Origin: a virus | Lineage: Duplodnaviria > Caudoviricetes | IMG/VR virus record: IMGVR_UViG_2838948833_000001 | Coordinates: 10,725-74,724 of that record | Strand: one strand, 5' to 3' | DNA: 64,000 nt | In this document: positions 20,001-31,300 of the stretch, piece by piece | How positions within the stretch are numbered: the first letter of the stretch is position 1 | Layout: the number at the start of each line of letters is the position of its first letter | Position numbers and translations under genes: made by a program | The notes under the pieces: generated by a model | The model's database searches: none | The model's input: only the letters and a program-made list of their open reading frames with translations | What the model was told of the DNA's origin: nothing

Positions 20001-23000
20001 AATCTTTCGCAACCATTTTTTCCATACGGTCATCGAAGGAAGCAAGAATTTCGTTTTCGGTTTTTCCCTCTTTTAAAGCTTGTTCAATTTCGTTTTCAAT
20101 CTTCGTTCTATTTCGGGAGTTTCGATTTGTTTCGTATGGCTTGTTTAAATAGTCAATAAAATTTGAATCTAAATCGGTTTTCTCTTTTTGAGAAAGGTTT
20201 TGGTACCATTCCGTTTCTTTTACAGCATTTAATCCAGCAGAAATAATATCAGCTACACTCTTAGCTGTTTTGGCGGCAACTTTCATCGCTTGTAATGCTT
20301 GACGCGCTACAACTAAAGGTAAATTCATCCCAAGATTTTCCTTACCAAATTGATCTAGTTGGTCAATAGCTCTATCAAGGTTTTCAATAAACTTATCTAA
20401 TTTTAAATCTTTAGAAAGATTGATATCTATCTCTTTAGCTAAAAAATCAATATCAAAATCAAGAAAATTTTGTACCTTTGTTCCATCAGGAAGGGATGCC
20501 TCAAAGCGGTTTCGGACGTTAGCGGAAGGAGGATTACCTGCATTCTGGCGTTGACGGATACCTTCCTGGTTTTTAAAGAAAGTTTTTAGAGTCAATCTAC
20601 CCCCAGACTTTCCATAAGCTTGAACAATAACATAATCATTATTGTTACTGTCCTTCTTGATAAATTCAAATAATTTATTACCTGTTTTCTCATCAACCCC
20701 TATATAATTAACTGTATCAGGATTGTTTACAACATTGATAATTTCTGAATAATCCTCTTTTGTCAGTGGAATATTTCTATGGTCATTTTCATTTCCTGAG
20801 AAATGACGCTTTTTACTGTGTCTTAATTCACCTTCGTTTATTTCAAAAGTAACTTCTCTTTTGAATTTTAAACCAGAAATATCCTCAAGGACCTTTTTAG
20901 CAGATTCATTGAATTTACCTAATTGAATTATTTCAGATCCTTTAACTCTTGTAAAGGCCTTATCAATAACATCATTTAATAAATTTTGAGCGACTTCTCT
21001 TAATCTTCCTTGTCTTTCGGTTTCTCGGCTTCCTGAGCTTTCAGTTCCTTTATTCTCTCTTGGACCATCTTGTTGTACTCTGGATTCTTCTGCATTGTTT
21101 CTGCTATCTGAGATTTCAGAAGAGTTCTCTGTGCTTCTGTCAACTGTTTCTTGCTCATACTGTTCTCTTTGATTATGTAAATGTAATAATTCTTCATCAG
21201 ACATAAAGTCTAATGAAGTAGTGTTTTCAAGTTTTTTGTTTTTATTATCATTTTGATTTACAACTTCTTGCAATAACTCATTAGTAGCAGGAAGTCCTGT
21301 TAACTCTTCAAATCTTGATTTTAAAGAATTGATATCCGAATGAAAACCATTATTCAAAAACGTTTGCGCACCAGTTGGATTTTCAAGAATAAAATCAACA
21401 ATATCTTGTTCCGTAATTTCAATTCCTGCAATTTCGCTAAGTTCTTTTGCCTTTGTGTCAAGTGGAGTTCCGTCTTTGCGTAAGTATTGAATAGGAATAC
21501 TACCACCTTCTTTCGCATGCACTTCATCTGAGTTTTGAATAAAACTTTCACGACTGACATGACCTAAGTTCTCAGCAATTACTTTTTGCTTATAATCAAC
21601 ACCATTTCTATAATCTTCAATCTCATTACCAAGGATAGTTTCAGCAACTTCTAGGGCGCTTTCGGACTTCTCAGCAATGAATTTATTTGCTTCTTTTACA
21701 GTCATGTTAGCTAATTCGCTACTATCAGTAACCCCTTCAACTTCATGGGCGCGTCTACCTTCTGTAAGGTCAGTTTGTTTAGCGTATTCTAAAGCAAGTC
21801 GATTAGATGTTCTTTTGCTTGGAGTATTACCTTCTCTATCTTTAAATACAATTCTACCTTCTTCATTGGATACAGTATATTCTCTACCATTATCAGAAGC
21901 TTTTATTGTTTTTAAAGATTCATCCTGTTTGTTTTCTATATTAGAAAAATCTTTAAGCGTAAAACCTAATCTTCTTTCTAAATATTCTCTTGATAATATA
22001 TTCTCTGTATTATTAGGGTTTAATAATTTTCTATTTAAATTTATTAGTATTCTTTCATCAGAAAGATTTAGGATTTTATTAGACAAAAGATTTGCAAGTT
22101 CTCTAGCTGTTTTAGTTATATCTTCTTTATTATTCCAGTCAGTATTTTCAAGAATATCTAATCCTTCTTTATATGTGTCTTCAAAGCCTTCTCTTATAGG
22201 TAAGCTTCGGATATTATCTAAACTATATTCATCTTGTTTGTTTTGATCTTCTTGTATTGGGTCCAACTGTTCATTTGAAGATTTAGTACCTCCATCATCA
22301 ACAATACCTTCTGTTTGTGTTGTTTCATTTGGTAAATTTTGTTTTCGATGATTCTCTAAAGCACGTTCAGAAATTTCATTATCCTTAATGGTTATGTTTT
22401 TAGTACCATCAGGATTCTTCTCTTGCATCAATTGTCTGCCTGCCTCGTCTTTTAAACGAACAACTTCTTCTTGTGGTAATAGATTAAGCAAAGCATTCGA
22501 TTCTCGGTTTAAAATGCCTACACGTTGATTTTCTACTGCTTCAAATTCTTGTTTTAAATTAGAAACAATCTGATCCTTTAAATCTTGTTCCAAATCCGAC
22601 GACTGAATCTCTCTAGCTTGATTTTTTAAATTTGACTGAGTTTTTTCAATTCTTTTAATCGCTTCAAACTCCTGGTTAGACAAATCAGAAATACCTTTTA
22701 CTTCTTGCTCAAGTAACTCTTGATTTCTCAACTTAGCCTTAGATAATTGGCTTTCTACAATAGTTCGATTTGATAGAGACAAAGAACTGTCATCTAGTGC
22801 TTTTTCAAGTTTTAAAATTTCACGATTGGCTTGATCAATTCTTGAATCTAAAGAAAACGACTTTATTGATTTTGAAACTACACTTGCTGAGAATGGAATA
22901 ATTGCCCCCATAGCAAAACCAGCTGCAGAAGCATCTAATACATTATCAAACACTCCTACATCTTTCTTGTCAAGAGCATAGATATCCATTAAGTTTTGCA

Positions 23001-24987
23001 TGATTTCGGTAGCTGCTTCATCAACACCTTCATATGTTGAGTTAATAGCTACTGCTTTACCTGTATTTGAAATACCTTTCCACATTCCATCAGCAATCAT
23101 TTTTCTTTCAGGAGCTGTAGCTGATTGAATAATTCTTGCTGAATTCATTAAAACAAGTCGGTCAACATAAGCCGAAACCGTCTCAGAAACTCCATACCCA
23201 AGAGGCACTAAAGTCTTTTGAAAATAGTTATAATCTCCCTCTCCTTTATCCATTTCGTTCTGCATTTCTTCCCACTGAGTTCCAGTAGCAGAAACACCCA
23301 AAGCACCAATTCCTCCAATACCTGTGGCAACTGCTGCATAAATTGGAATCTGAGAAGCCAAAGCGGTATTAGAAAACCACTGACCAAAGTCACCTAAAGT
23401 ATTTATATTTTCAACCGAAATAGGCTTAGCAATTCCTTCTCGGACATCTGTTGCCGTATCAGTTAATAATTTAGAAGCTTTTCTAATTTGCTTGGTTGCA
23501 TTGGGGCTTTCAAAACCGTTAGCTTCGTTTGCCCAATTCATAACATCAAGAAGTCCAGCTGTTAGATCTAATCCGGTAGCACCAGCATTATCAGCAAAGT
23601 TTTTCAACCAACCATAATTGCGTTTAAGAACATCAATATTGTCTTTTGCTTCGCCAATATCTTTTTGGTTAGAAACAAATTCTTGGTAAGTGTTTAATGA
23701 TTCTTGAATAACTCCCTTATACCTTGTGTCTAATTCTTGTCCTCTTTGTGCATATTCTTCTTCTGTAATTTCTCCTTTTTGAGCTTTTGATACTAACTCA
23801 TTTACCTCATTTTGGATATTGTCAATCTCTAATCGTTGAATATTTTGTTGAGTAAGATTGAGTTTATCTTTCTCAGATAAAGAAGCGAGTTCGCTTGTTT
23901 GAAATAAATTAAGTTTGTCCTTGTCAGACATACCGAATTTATCTACTTCTTTTTGAGCGTCTTTTAAATAGGACCTTACTTGACTTTCAGACTGAGAAGA
24001 TATTTCTTTTTCAACTTTCAATTGTTTCGCTTTGGCAATTCGTTGCTCGTCAGTCAAAGTTTGAGCTGGTCTATTTTCTTTTTTAGCATTTGCTACCTCT
24101 TGCTTAATTTGGTTGTCAACTTCTTTTAATTCAGAAGCAATCGGATTAGTTTCTAATTGAAACTTTTCTTTAATTGACTGATGATTGCTTTTAGGTATTC
24201 CAGAAAAAGAAACTGCAGCATCCACCATCGCATTAAACCCCTTTTTACCATAAGCTTTAATATTGTTCCACCAACCACTTTGATTTACCTCATCATCTAC
24301 AGATTGGGCGATTTGTTGTTTCTTTTCTTCTGAAACAGATTTAGCCGTTTGGTAAGTATCAAACAGCTTCGTTATTTCAGGATTACTTTGTTTTATTTTT
24401 TGTTGATTCCAAGCAAGTGTGCCTTCAACATTCCCATCATAGAAAGGAGATTTATTAGAGGCTATTCTTCCTCTTGCGTGTTTAACTGCTTTATCGATTA
24501 TAGTCTCACCAATAGCACTTCTGTCATTGGGATCATTCCCTTTTAGTAGCCATTTTTTTTCTGATTCGCTTAGTGTTGGTATAAGAGTTGGGATTTCAAT
24601 TTCATTTCCATTGATGTTTACACCAATAGAAATTTCGGTTGCAAAGTCATTGCTCCCGTCCTTCATTTTTAATTCCCCAAAATAGCCTCTTCCTTTTTTT
24701 GTTCCGTCATTTCGACGCCCATAGTCCAAAGAACCATTTCCCGAATTGGATTCCGAATTTTGTTGAGGAACAGAAGAATCGGATGTGTCTTTTTTTTTTG
24801 ATGATAATCTATTTTCAAAAGAGTTGTAATCTCCTAATGAAAATCCTTTTTCATTAACTGCATCATAAAACCTTTTTCTATCTTCTGAGGTCTTCATCTT
24901 TGATTCAAAAGAATCATAATCTCCAATATTAAACTTTGCTGATACAGCAGTATGTAATTTTTTTAATTCTTTATCTTCACTTACCAT
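17077..24987 (-). CDS. Large polyvalent virion/ejection protein with a PBECR-like nuclease domain and a C-terminal LPD38-like region
   Basis: 2636 aa at the end of the ejection cluster. RH...RH...PLT.ED...I..VVNNPD...L.LKTFF segment; DF..GG......IPYLNA..QG and GYDFF...I.P motifs near the C-terminus. Confidence 0.75.
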   Translation of the reverse strand: MVSEDKELKKLHTAVSAKFNIGDYDSFESKMKTSEDRKRFYDAVNEKGFSLGDYNSFENRLSSKKKDTSDSSVPQQNSESNSGNGSLDYGRRNDGTKKGRGYFGELKMKDGSNDFATEISIGVNINGNEIEIPTLIPTLSESEKKWLLKGNDPNDRSAIGETIIDKAVKHARGRIASNKSPFYDGNVEGTLAWNQQKIKQSNPEITKLFDTYQTAKSVSEEKKQQIAQSVDDEVNQSGWWNNIKAYGKKGFNAMVDAAVSFSGIPKSNHQSIKEKFQLETNPIASELKEVDNQIKQEVANAKKENRPAQTLTDEQRIAKAKQLKVEKEISSQSESQVRSYLKDAQKEVDKFGMSDKDKLNLFQTSELASLSEKDKLNLTQQNIQRLEIDNIQNEVNELVSKAQKGEITEEEYAQRGQELDTRYKGVIQESLNTYQEFVSNQKDIGEAKDNIDVLKRNYGWLKNFADNAGATGLDLTAGLLDVMNWANEANGFESPNATKQIRKASKLLTDTATDVREGIAKPISVENINTLGDFGQWFSNTALASQIPIYAAVATGIGGIGALGVSATGTQWEEMQNEMDKGEGDYNYFQKTLVPLGYGVSETVSAYVDRLVLMNSARIIQSATAPERKMIADGMWKGISNTGKAVAINSTYEGVDEAATEIMQNLMDIYALDKKDVGVFDNVLDASAAGFAMGAIIPFSASVVSKSIKSFSLDSRIDQANREILKLEKALDDSSLSLSNRTIVESQLSKAKLRNQELLEQEVKGISDLSNQEFEAIKRIEKTQSNLKNQAREIQSSDLEQDLKDQIVSNLKQEFEAVENQRVGILNRESNALLNLLPQEEVVRLKDEAGRQLMQEKNPDGTKNITIKDNEISERALENHRKQNLPNETTQTEGIVDDGGTKSSNEQLDPIQEDQNKQDEYSLDNIRSLPIREGFEDTYKEGLDILENTDWNNKEDITKTARELANLLSNKILNLSDERILINLNRKLLNPNNTENILSREYLERRLGFTLKDFSNIENKQDESLKTIKASDNGREYTVSNEEGRIVFKDREGNTPSKRTSNRLALEYAKQTDLTEGRRAHEVEGVTDSSELANMTVKEANKFIAEKSESALEVAETILGNEIEDYRNGVDYKQKVIAENLGHVSRESFIQNSDEVHAKEGGSIPIQYLRKDGTPLDTKAKELSEIAGIEITEQDIVDFILENPTGAQTFLNNGFHSDINSLKSRFEELTGLPATNELLQEVVNQNDNKNKKLENTTSLDFMSDEELLHLHNQREQYEQETVDRSTENSSEISDSRNNAEESRVQQDGPRENKGTESSGSRETERQGRLREVAQNLLNDVIDKAFTRVKGSEIIQLGKFNESAKKVLEDISGLKFKREVTFEINEGELRHSKKRHFSGNENDHRNIPLTKEDYSEIINVVNNPDTVNYIGVDEKTGNKLFEFIKKDSNNNDYVIVQAYGKSGGRLTLKTFFKNQEGIRQRQNAGNPPSANVRNRFEASLPDGTKVQNFLDFDIDFLAKEIDINLSKDLKLDKFIENLDRAIDQLDQFGKENLGMNLPLVVARQALQAMKVAAKTAKSVADIISAGLNAVKETEWYQNLSQKEKTDLDSNFIDYLNKPYETNRNSRNRTKIENEIEQALKEGKTENEILASFDDRMEKMVAKDYFERQKEVDPIKAKKQVDDSFNKAEKKMEELTNPKFDINKLFRNFVTKFFDRQFLPKFILNKAGGRVVRDYIVTAKGASGYAKYLYEKAYDKIYKGLSSNQIKLLDKVIQLRRFIAIDENRRRNNLAAVVHPDYINENVAKSYLESLKQELGEKAYNDLTKRTDAYFDTFKGLLNDMYESGIISKASRDSFFDIDYQPRQFLEFMQNAETETAHLDNGTTGGLGKEQIQKLEKGLDTALVTDSQYLLSRALGVRAKIIAMNNTNRRLADFMKEQAVKVEELKKKDKPTKKEKDIIKYFELLQKRVKENPIIGFTESGNPKYKQTTPNGYANAYYWVNGVKQNMFMEQEFHDQYFDALKRIFSNPDVKEKFAMASGTGLVKSIATGNNPTFFITNTPRDFLFISTFSEEYGKNVLLNMAKLAKDATLGIRDIKKENDTYKNFVKYGGMTDFLMDQGKFKGTNTLNARLPKVDNKTRERWGKFFDAVTLQKLQMYSEIGFRMGVFRRSIANQLKELGLKDISEVQDKRTLDDIYHTAASSARNTMDFNQGGTLTKDMDAFIPYLNAASQGTRVMFDNFRDRPIETTLRVTQAAAIVAPIPIGLSLMFLGGSERGDDEKELSSVELYNKALKGVSKYDRSNYFIIFNGNRSANGEFQYYRIAKAQQLTPFFTMVEGTLQKLMRESVGDKESGNMIEDLNWILQNNISPVEFAITDNLARNPLAKAALSMSTGYDFFREQDISPDRGKVPVSAEGYGSKSVEDFYKKIGETSGWSPARMKAAVESIITTPSTSPYVGMIYGGMDAMFSDKDTEQVMQKFAKDMAKSSVNRVVKETSEYNRRIGNKEKIKEAVEEIEINRLKTKLNFNTLVSDLKEGKITQKEIDKELDKLAENEPFEARRVAKRISDQLKNQKTPAFVFEVKYARSAKEKAVLLVDKFGDALKDPSKLQEKEKEIMILLRRNSAVNSEVWFEYEKLVK

Positions 24988-26429
24988 TCAATTGTTTCTT
25001 TTTGAGATGAATTTGAATCGCTTTTTGAGGTTGACATATTTTGTTTTGTGAAGTTTGCGCGTTGCTTTAATTCTTCCGTTGTAGTATTAAGCATCTTCGC
25101 TATTCGGCTTTCTGTTTCTTTTGAAACAATGGTTTTCATTTTTTTATTTTCAGTAGAGGTATTCTTTATCTCTACACCATCTATAAAACTACTTGAAGCA
25201 GCCTTTCCTTCTGAATAACTACCCGTAACCATCATTCGCCCATCATCTGAATAAGTGTAGTTATCAATAGTTACGTTTGATAAAGTCTTGGTTTTATCTC
25301 CTGTTTTTAAATCTATTGCTTCCAGCTTAACTTTTCCATCTACTGGCACACTCTTGGCCCCATCTGCAATTTTGCTATAATGATTCCCCCAGGTATTTTC
25401 AGTTGGAGTTACAGCTTCACCTATTCCAGTTGTTTCTTTTGTTTTACTATCTTGATGATGTCTTTCACGTTGAGCGCGATTCTTATCTCCTTGTTCAGCA
25501 GTAGAATCCCTTTCTCGCAAACTTTCTCTATCTTTTGAATTGAATATTCTTTCTGACACATCTCTCTCAATTCCTTTAAGTACATCTTCGCTTGGATTTT
25601 TGTAATCATACCCTAATTCGGTCAATCTTGATTTAGCGAAATTGGTTAAAGCACCATCCGAATCATACATTAATGATTGGGCAGAAGTTTTCGCCACATC
25701 AAGAGGAATTCCTTTTTCTGTAATAATATCATAACCTTCGCGATCTTTTGTCTTGACTGTACCTAATCCTTTAGACATGTCAGTTATCATCTTATCGTAA
25801 TCTAATTTTGGCTGAAACTCCCAAACACCAATACTATCTTTTAGATTATCCCAAGGCATTAGGTCTATCTTCCCGTCACCATCTAAGTCCTTAAAACCTA
25901 TCATCGGGAAACCATTTTCATCGATTCCTCCTAAGTAGTTTTCAAAACCATTCAGCACCTTCTTCTCAAAGTCAAGATTTCTAAAAAGAGAGCCGTTTTT
26001 GACTCCTTCCATATAGTTCTGATTCATCTTTGTAAAGTTTTGAGTAGCCACTTTCAAATTGGTACCCAGCTTATCAAGATTCAAGTTTTCCATTTCAAGC
26101 TTTATACGTTCCGAATCTGATATATTACCCGAACGAAGCTTCTTGTATATTTCTCCTTTTCGATTCATTGCCTGCATGACTATACGCCCTTGCAATTCAT
26201 TCAACGAACCAGAACCAGTATCATAATTCTCGACAGATTTCAAAAGTCGTTCACGTAACTGTTCATCGCGGACGAATTGTTTATCTCGACGATGTTCCTC
26301 TAATTGTTGCTCACGCATTTTCTGGTCTTTGCGCGCTAAGTTTAATCTTTCTTGCTGGCCAATTGTATCAGCAAGACTAAAACCAGAAGCTTGAGAAGGA
26401 GCGTAAACGCTAGTATGATTTCCTGCCAT
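24981..26429 (-). CDS. Putative ejection/internal virion protein
   Basis: Position in the cluster; coiled-coil N-terminus. Confidence 0.6.
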   Translation of the reverse strand: MAGNHTSVYAPSQASGFSLADTIGQQERLNLARKDQKMREQQLEEHRRDKQFVRDEQLRERLLKSVENYDTGSGSLNELQGRIVMQAMNRKGEIYKKLRSGNISDSERIKLEMENLNLDKLGTNLKVATQNFTKMNQNYMEGVKNGSLFRNLDFEKKVLNGFENYLGGIDENGFPMIGFKDLDGDGKIDLMPWDNLKDSIGVWEFQPKLDYDKMITDMSKGLGTVKTKDREGYDIITEKGIPLDVAKTSAQSLMYDSDGALTNFAKSRLTELGYDYKNPSEDVLKGIERDVSERIFNSKDRESLRERDSTAEQGDKNRAQRERHHQDSKTKETTGIGEAVTPTENTWGNHYSKIADGAKSVPVDGKVKLEAIDLKTGDKTKTLSNVTIDNYTYSDDGRMMVTGSYSEGKAASSSFIDGVEIKNTSTENKKMKTIVSKETESRIAKMLNTTTEELKQRANFTKQNMSTSKSDSNSSQKETIEW

Positions 26430-26431
26430 AG

Positions 26432-27124
26432 CTACATATCGATTTTATAATTCATATTATTTTCTGTGGTAAATTTTGGAATAGGAGATAATTGAAAGCC
26501 AGCATTGAATAAGGGATTGAATCCTCCTTGTGATGGTGCAGGAATCGTCAATGATTGAAAACCTGGATGTTTTATAGAACCTGATAATGAAGTTTGAGAT
26601 TCTCTTGTTTGTGGTACAGAAGCGGATTTTGAACCAATAGTCCCTCCTAATGAGCCAGCAGCAGCAACTGCTCCATTAATTCCGTTCCACATATTTTGTT
26701 CACCTGCCATATATTGGCTACCAAGAGCAGCAATATTTTGATTATCTCGTTGCTCCTTGATTCCCATAATACGAGAATCTTCTCCTGCTATTGCGTAATC
26801 ACGTTGAATGATTTGATCGTCAATGTCTTTTTGAATCTGTCTGTTAACTTGATTTGTATTTGCTTGCACAGCAGGCAACAAAGCAAGTCCTCGACTTCCT
26901 CCACCTTGCAAAGCATCCACAATGTTTGCAGTAGTTCGCTGAGCTTCTTCTCGCATCAAATCAGTTCCGACTGTTGAAATTCCTACTCTTTCAAAAGCGT
27001 TATCTAATTCCTGTCGCTGGTAAGAGTTCATTTCTTCCTTTGCTTTTTTCTTTTGCTGTTCGCCTTGATATATTGAAGCTCCTGCTGCCGCAAGTCCAAT
27101 GCTCGCACTTGTTATAGCCGCCAT
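26432..27124 (-). CDS. Putative ejection (pilot) protein
   Basis: Ala/Gly-rich termini with a Gln-rich coiled coil, typical of podovirus ejected proteins. Confidence 0.65.
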   Translation of the reverse strand: MAAITSASIGLAAAGASIYQGEQQKKKAKEEMNSYQRQELDNAFERVGISTVGTDLMREEAQRTTANIVDALQGGGSRGLALLPAVQANTNQVNRQIQKDIDDQIIQRDYAIAGEDSRIMGIKEQRDNQNIAALGSQYMAGEQNMWNGINGAVAAAGSLGGTIGSKSASVPQTRESQTSLSGSIKHPGFQSLTIPAPSQGGFNPLFNAGFQLSPIPKFTTENNMNYKIDM

Positions 27125-27150
27125 AAAAAATAGATTTTACTTATTACCTT

Positions 27151-27177
27151 ACTCAAAGATAATAAATAAAATCTATT
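27151..27177 (-). promoter_or_regulatory. Late promoter, class A (TATCTTTG -7 element)
   Basis: 27-bp block identical to 37648-37674; matches the Bacteroidetes TAnnTTTG consensus. Confidence 0.75.
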
Positions 27178-27203
27178 GAAAATAAAATAACGATAAGTTT
27201 TAG

Positions 27204-27605
27204 TTATAGTATTTTAATCATTTCTGTTGTCTGAATAGAACCTTTAATATACTGACAATCTGCAAAATGATTAATTAGTGAAGCGTGTTTAAGATTAGTG
27301 TAAGCGACTTTAAAACCTTTTGATTTGGCTATATCTCCAAGTTCATTTATTAAATCTAACAACGCTTCTTTTCTGTCTGATTTTCGGTAGTTTGGATTTG
27401 AAACAATAAACTCAATCCAACACATTTTTGAGTTGGTATAGTAGATAAAACCTGCACAAATATTTACACCATCTTTAGAGAGTATAATTCCGCATGTTCC
27501 ATTATTTGGTAACATTTCTTGAGCAGGTGGCGGAAATTTCCACCACTTCCACCAGGATACTAATTCCTGATAATCTTCTTCTTTTAAAACACGAGCATTA
27601 AACAT
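27204..27605 (-). CDS. GNAT-like acetyltransferase of the virion module
   Basis: CAGFIY.TNS..CWIEFIVSNP.YR...R..AL; usual position between muzzle and ejection genes. Confidence 0.65.
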   Translation of the reverse strand: MFNARVLKEEDYQELVSWWKWWKFPPPAQEMLPNNGTCGIILSKDGVNICAGFIYYTNSKMCWIEFIVSNPNYRKSDRKEALLDLINELGDIAKSKGFKVAYTNLKHASLINHFADCQYIKGSIQTTEMIKIL

Positions 27606-28317
27606 ACGACTTGATTATATTAGAATTAATAGCAAATAGTTCTACTTGCTTATCATCGTTATTTTTCATTTCGATATCTGCATAGTAGCCTCGGATTTCG
27701 TCCCCTTCTACCCTAGCATTCTTACTTGATAAAATAAAGAATCCGGCATACCTATCAACAAGATTTACATTTACTTGAATTGAATCTTCTGTTTTTCCAA
27801 TAACATCACCTATCAAAATTGGTTTATCTCCATCTAGTTTGAATAATTGATCACCAATATTTGTGAAGTCTGATACCCTTTTAAAAAATAGAGTATCAGA
27901 ATCATTACTTTGGCAAATTCCGACTCCTTGTGCATTTCCGTTCAAATCTCCTTCTTGTTCGTTTCCTCGCAAATAAGCAAAGTATCTACTTTCCTTTTTA
28001 TTGAAATCTGTAGTTTTTAAAGAAGTTCTTGTAAGGTTAGTCTTTATTTCAACTTCCCAAGACGAGCTGCCTTCAATTACAAATGTTTTGAAAATCTTGT
28101 CATCAGTTTGAGCCTCATTAAACACCGTATTGATTTTTGACGGATACTTTACGCCAAAAAAAGTGTTGATAATTGGATTGGATTTATCGTTCTGCTGCCA
28201 AAGGTTTCCGTCTTTTATAACGAATGCAGTTCCGCCAAGCCTTAAATAAGCGTCAGGCAAAAAACTAAAGAATGATACCCATCCAGTTTCTTTTTCTTTA
28301 AATCCTAGTGTTTTCAT
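27598..28317 (-). CDS. Tail stabilization/muzzle protein, C-terminal part
   Basis: T..F.E...GWVSFFSF.P, NTFFG, VFN.....K.F, KKE..YFAY, IRGYY, ELFA. Confidence 0.7.
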   Translation of the reverse strand: MKTLGFKEKETGWVSFFSFLPDAYLRLGGTAFVIKDGNLWQQNDKSNPIINTFFGVKYPSKINTVFNEAQTDDKIFKTFVIEGSSSWEVEIKTNLTRTSLKTTDFNKKESRYFAYLRGNEQEGDLNGNAQGVGICQSNDSDTLFFKRVSDFTNIGDQLFKLDGDKPILIGDVIGKTEDSIQVNVNLVDRYAGFFILSSKNARVEGDEIRGYYADIEMKNNDDKQVELFAINSNIIKSYV

Positions 28318-31300
28318 AGTGCAATCATTTCGATTAAATAATCAGAAGTACTATTATCATTTCCTATTGTTCTAATTCTTACCTCATATTCTACTCCATT
28401 GGATAAATCAGGAATATTGTAAGTTTGTTCAGTGTTATCAACAAATGGAATAAATATACCCTCGCTCCATTGTGTTTCTTTGGAGCTTTTATATGATATC
28501 TCATTACCCTTTACAATATAATTATCTTGCTCATTTTTGAATTTAACATCGATTGAGGACTTATCAGCCCCATGAGCTAATTCGAAATAAGAAGGCGGCA
28601 ATACTTTTTCATAATCTGGATTATAACTACCATAATTATAGACAACATAAATATTCCCTTCAGATGTAAAATCAAATGAACCTTCAATCTCCTTTCCGTT
28701 TGTAGTTTTTAATGGAACAACCTGGCTAATAATTTTAGGTAAATCTGATTCTGTATAGTTTTCATCTGATATTACATAACCAATAGATAAATCAGCTATA
28801 TCGCTCTCACTGTAACTTCTCAATGTTATAGTATCCAATTTCTTAGGGAATTTGCCTTCTCCTTGGATTCCTGTTTCTTCTGAAAACTGGTTTACGTTAT
28901 TATCTTCAATAAGTAATTGATCAAAGAATTCTGGTCCACTATTTATAGAAATACTTTGATTCACATTCAGCCCATATACCATATCATTTGAAACAGTAAT
29001 AAATGTAATTCGTTGTTCAATTCCTTCTGGAGCAAATGAACGAATAGAATATGTCGCGGTTGCTGTTGTGGGCACTACTGTTGTTTGTATTGCTGCAGTT
29101 TCAGTTTCATCAACATTAATAACAAGTTGCCCAACACCAGTTACATTAGATTCTACATATTCACGACCAGCGTAAGTTGCTGAAACAGTAGCTCTACCTT
29201 CTGTGATATTGTATTCAAAAATAGTTTGACCAACTCGTCTAGGTAAGGCTAATTCAAAAACAAATTCATCGCTCACTTGATATCTTGCCAATTCAGAACC
29301 ACTGACTATTTGAGAGATATAATTTGGTGGATCTCCAATAGTCAAATTATATAGCTTGGTATAAGGATCATACCCACCTATTATTTTTGCTGCTTGCTTA
29401 TTGGTGAGATTATCCCTAAACCATCCTTCCAAACCATAAGTAATCGGGCTAATTCCATTAGTAGATAAACGTAGCGTTTGTCCTCGTTTAGCATCAACCC
29501 AATAACATCGATTTCCTTCCTTTTCAAATGATTCAGGATGCGACATTCCATATTCTCCTGAATAAGGGACTGATTCGCCCAATACATAAGGCACTTTGGC
29601 TACATTAGAAGTACCATCAGCATTATACATCACATCTTTTCCATACATCACTTGAGAAACTTTATCTGTTTGGTAAACAAGCAAATTACCTTCTCGCGCG
29701 ACTATTTTTTGAATCGCTCCATTTCCTTTATCTAGTTCTTTCCAGTTGATCAAAGTTTGATTAAAAGAACTAATTCCATTAAACCCTGTAGACTCTACAA
29801 ATGCTTCTGAATAAGTCAAATCTGAATACCTTGTAACTTCTGAATAATCTTCTTCACTTGTTGAAGTAGGTTGCAAATCAATATTCAAAGCATTCGCATT
29901 AAACTTATCTTTAATCTGATATGATTCAAGTCCATTTCCAAAGGCAAAACAGTTGAAAAAATCTAGTTCAATTTTAGCAGAAGAAACAGAAGTTTGATTA
30001 GAGATATTTCCTTGATGTAACCCATTAATAATATCAAATGATTGAGAGCTTTTATAAAAAATACCTGTATCTAAATTTTTCTTTTCTTCCGTTTCAAATA
30101 TGTAGTATCCAGTATTCGTTCTGACAACCATTTTAGCATCAAGATATCCTCTTCTTCCACCAGAGGAAGCACTATGAGTTCCGTCAATGTAGAGTCCGTC
30201 TTTACCACCAACATTAACTTTTCTTACTTTCCCTCTATAATTTTGGGAATCATTTCCTATATTTCCCCATAGATCTTTACCATCAATATATTCTTCATAC
30301 CATTTTTGAAGGTTATAATTCTCTTTATTGATTAACCATTCCTTTTCAAATGTATTTTCTTGCCATCCTGCATCTAAATGATTTCTAGAATACATCCATA
30401 AATAAACACTTGAACCCTCAGATAATTCTAGCCCTACCCAATTACTTTCTATTGGCAAAACTAAAGTTACATCAGGAAAATGCCCTCTACTCTTCCTAGT
30501 GTCGCTTTTAGAATCTTGGTATATTTTGTAATTATTCTCATTCATTACAAATCCATCTGCTTTTATTCGGATATAGGTACCTGCTTCTTCTATAATATCA
30601 TTCCCGCTAGCATCTTTATTCCCTTGAATGAAATCTTTAGGTTGAGATTTCTTCTCAAGTACAGGAATAGTTATAATTTTTGTTGCTTCTGCGTATGTAT
30701 CTTTCTTCAGTATAAGAATATCTCCATCTTTTACTTTGTCTTTAGAACTCCCTTCTAATTTGCACCATACAAAATCATCTTCAACATAAAACCTACTCAC
30801 GATTATGTTTGAATAGTTAAGAGGAATTGACTTTACTGCAAATCGATAAGAAGTAGCCCAATAAGGTGCTTTGTTTTTAACTTCAATATTCAGTTTATTT
30901 ATTGATGCTGATTTACTAGGGTCAATATAAATTGAATTCTCTACAGTAGTTAAGGCTGTAGAACACCTACCAAATTCATCAGAATAAACAATTGCAGCTT
31001 CATAATCTCTGTTTGACTTTAAAGACTGTCCTTTTCCAGCCTCAACAACTGAAAAATAGGCTTCCTCAGAAAACTTAGTTGACAATCTACCTTGTCCTGG
31101 ACCTTGTGCAATCCATCCATGACTAATATTTAGCAACAAATTATTGCCTAAAAATTGAAAACTTACCTTTGGGTACTCAGATATAGTATCGGTTGAACTT
31201 AGTTTCCAATTTTCAATATTGGATTCTATATAGTAGTTAATACTATCAACAAACTCAGAGAATGCACTATCATTATATATTTCATAAAGACTAGAGAAGT

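Noticed and set aside
17077-24987. Virion RNA polymerase
   Set aside because: No DxDxD catalytic motif seen in this protein; motifs fit a polyvalent LPD38-type protein
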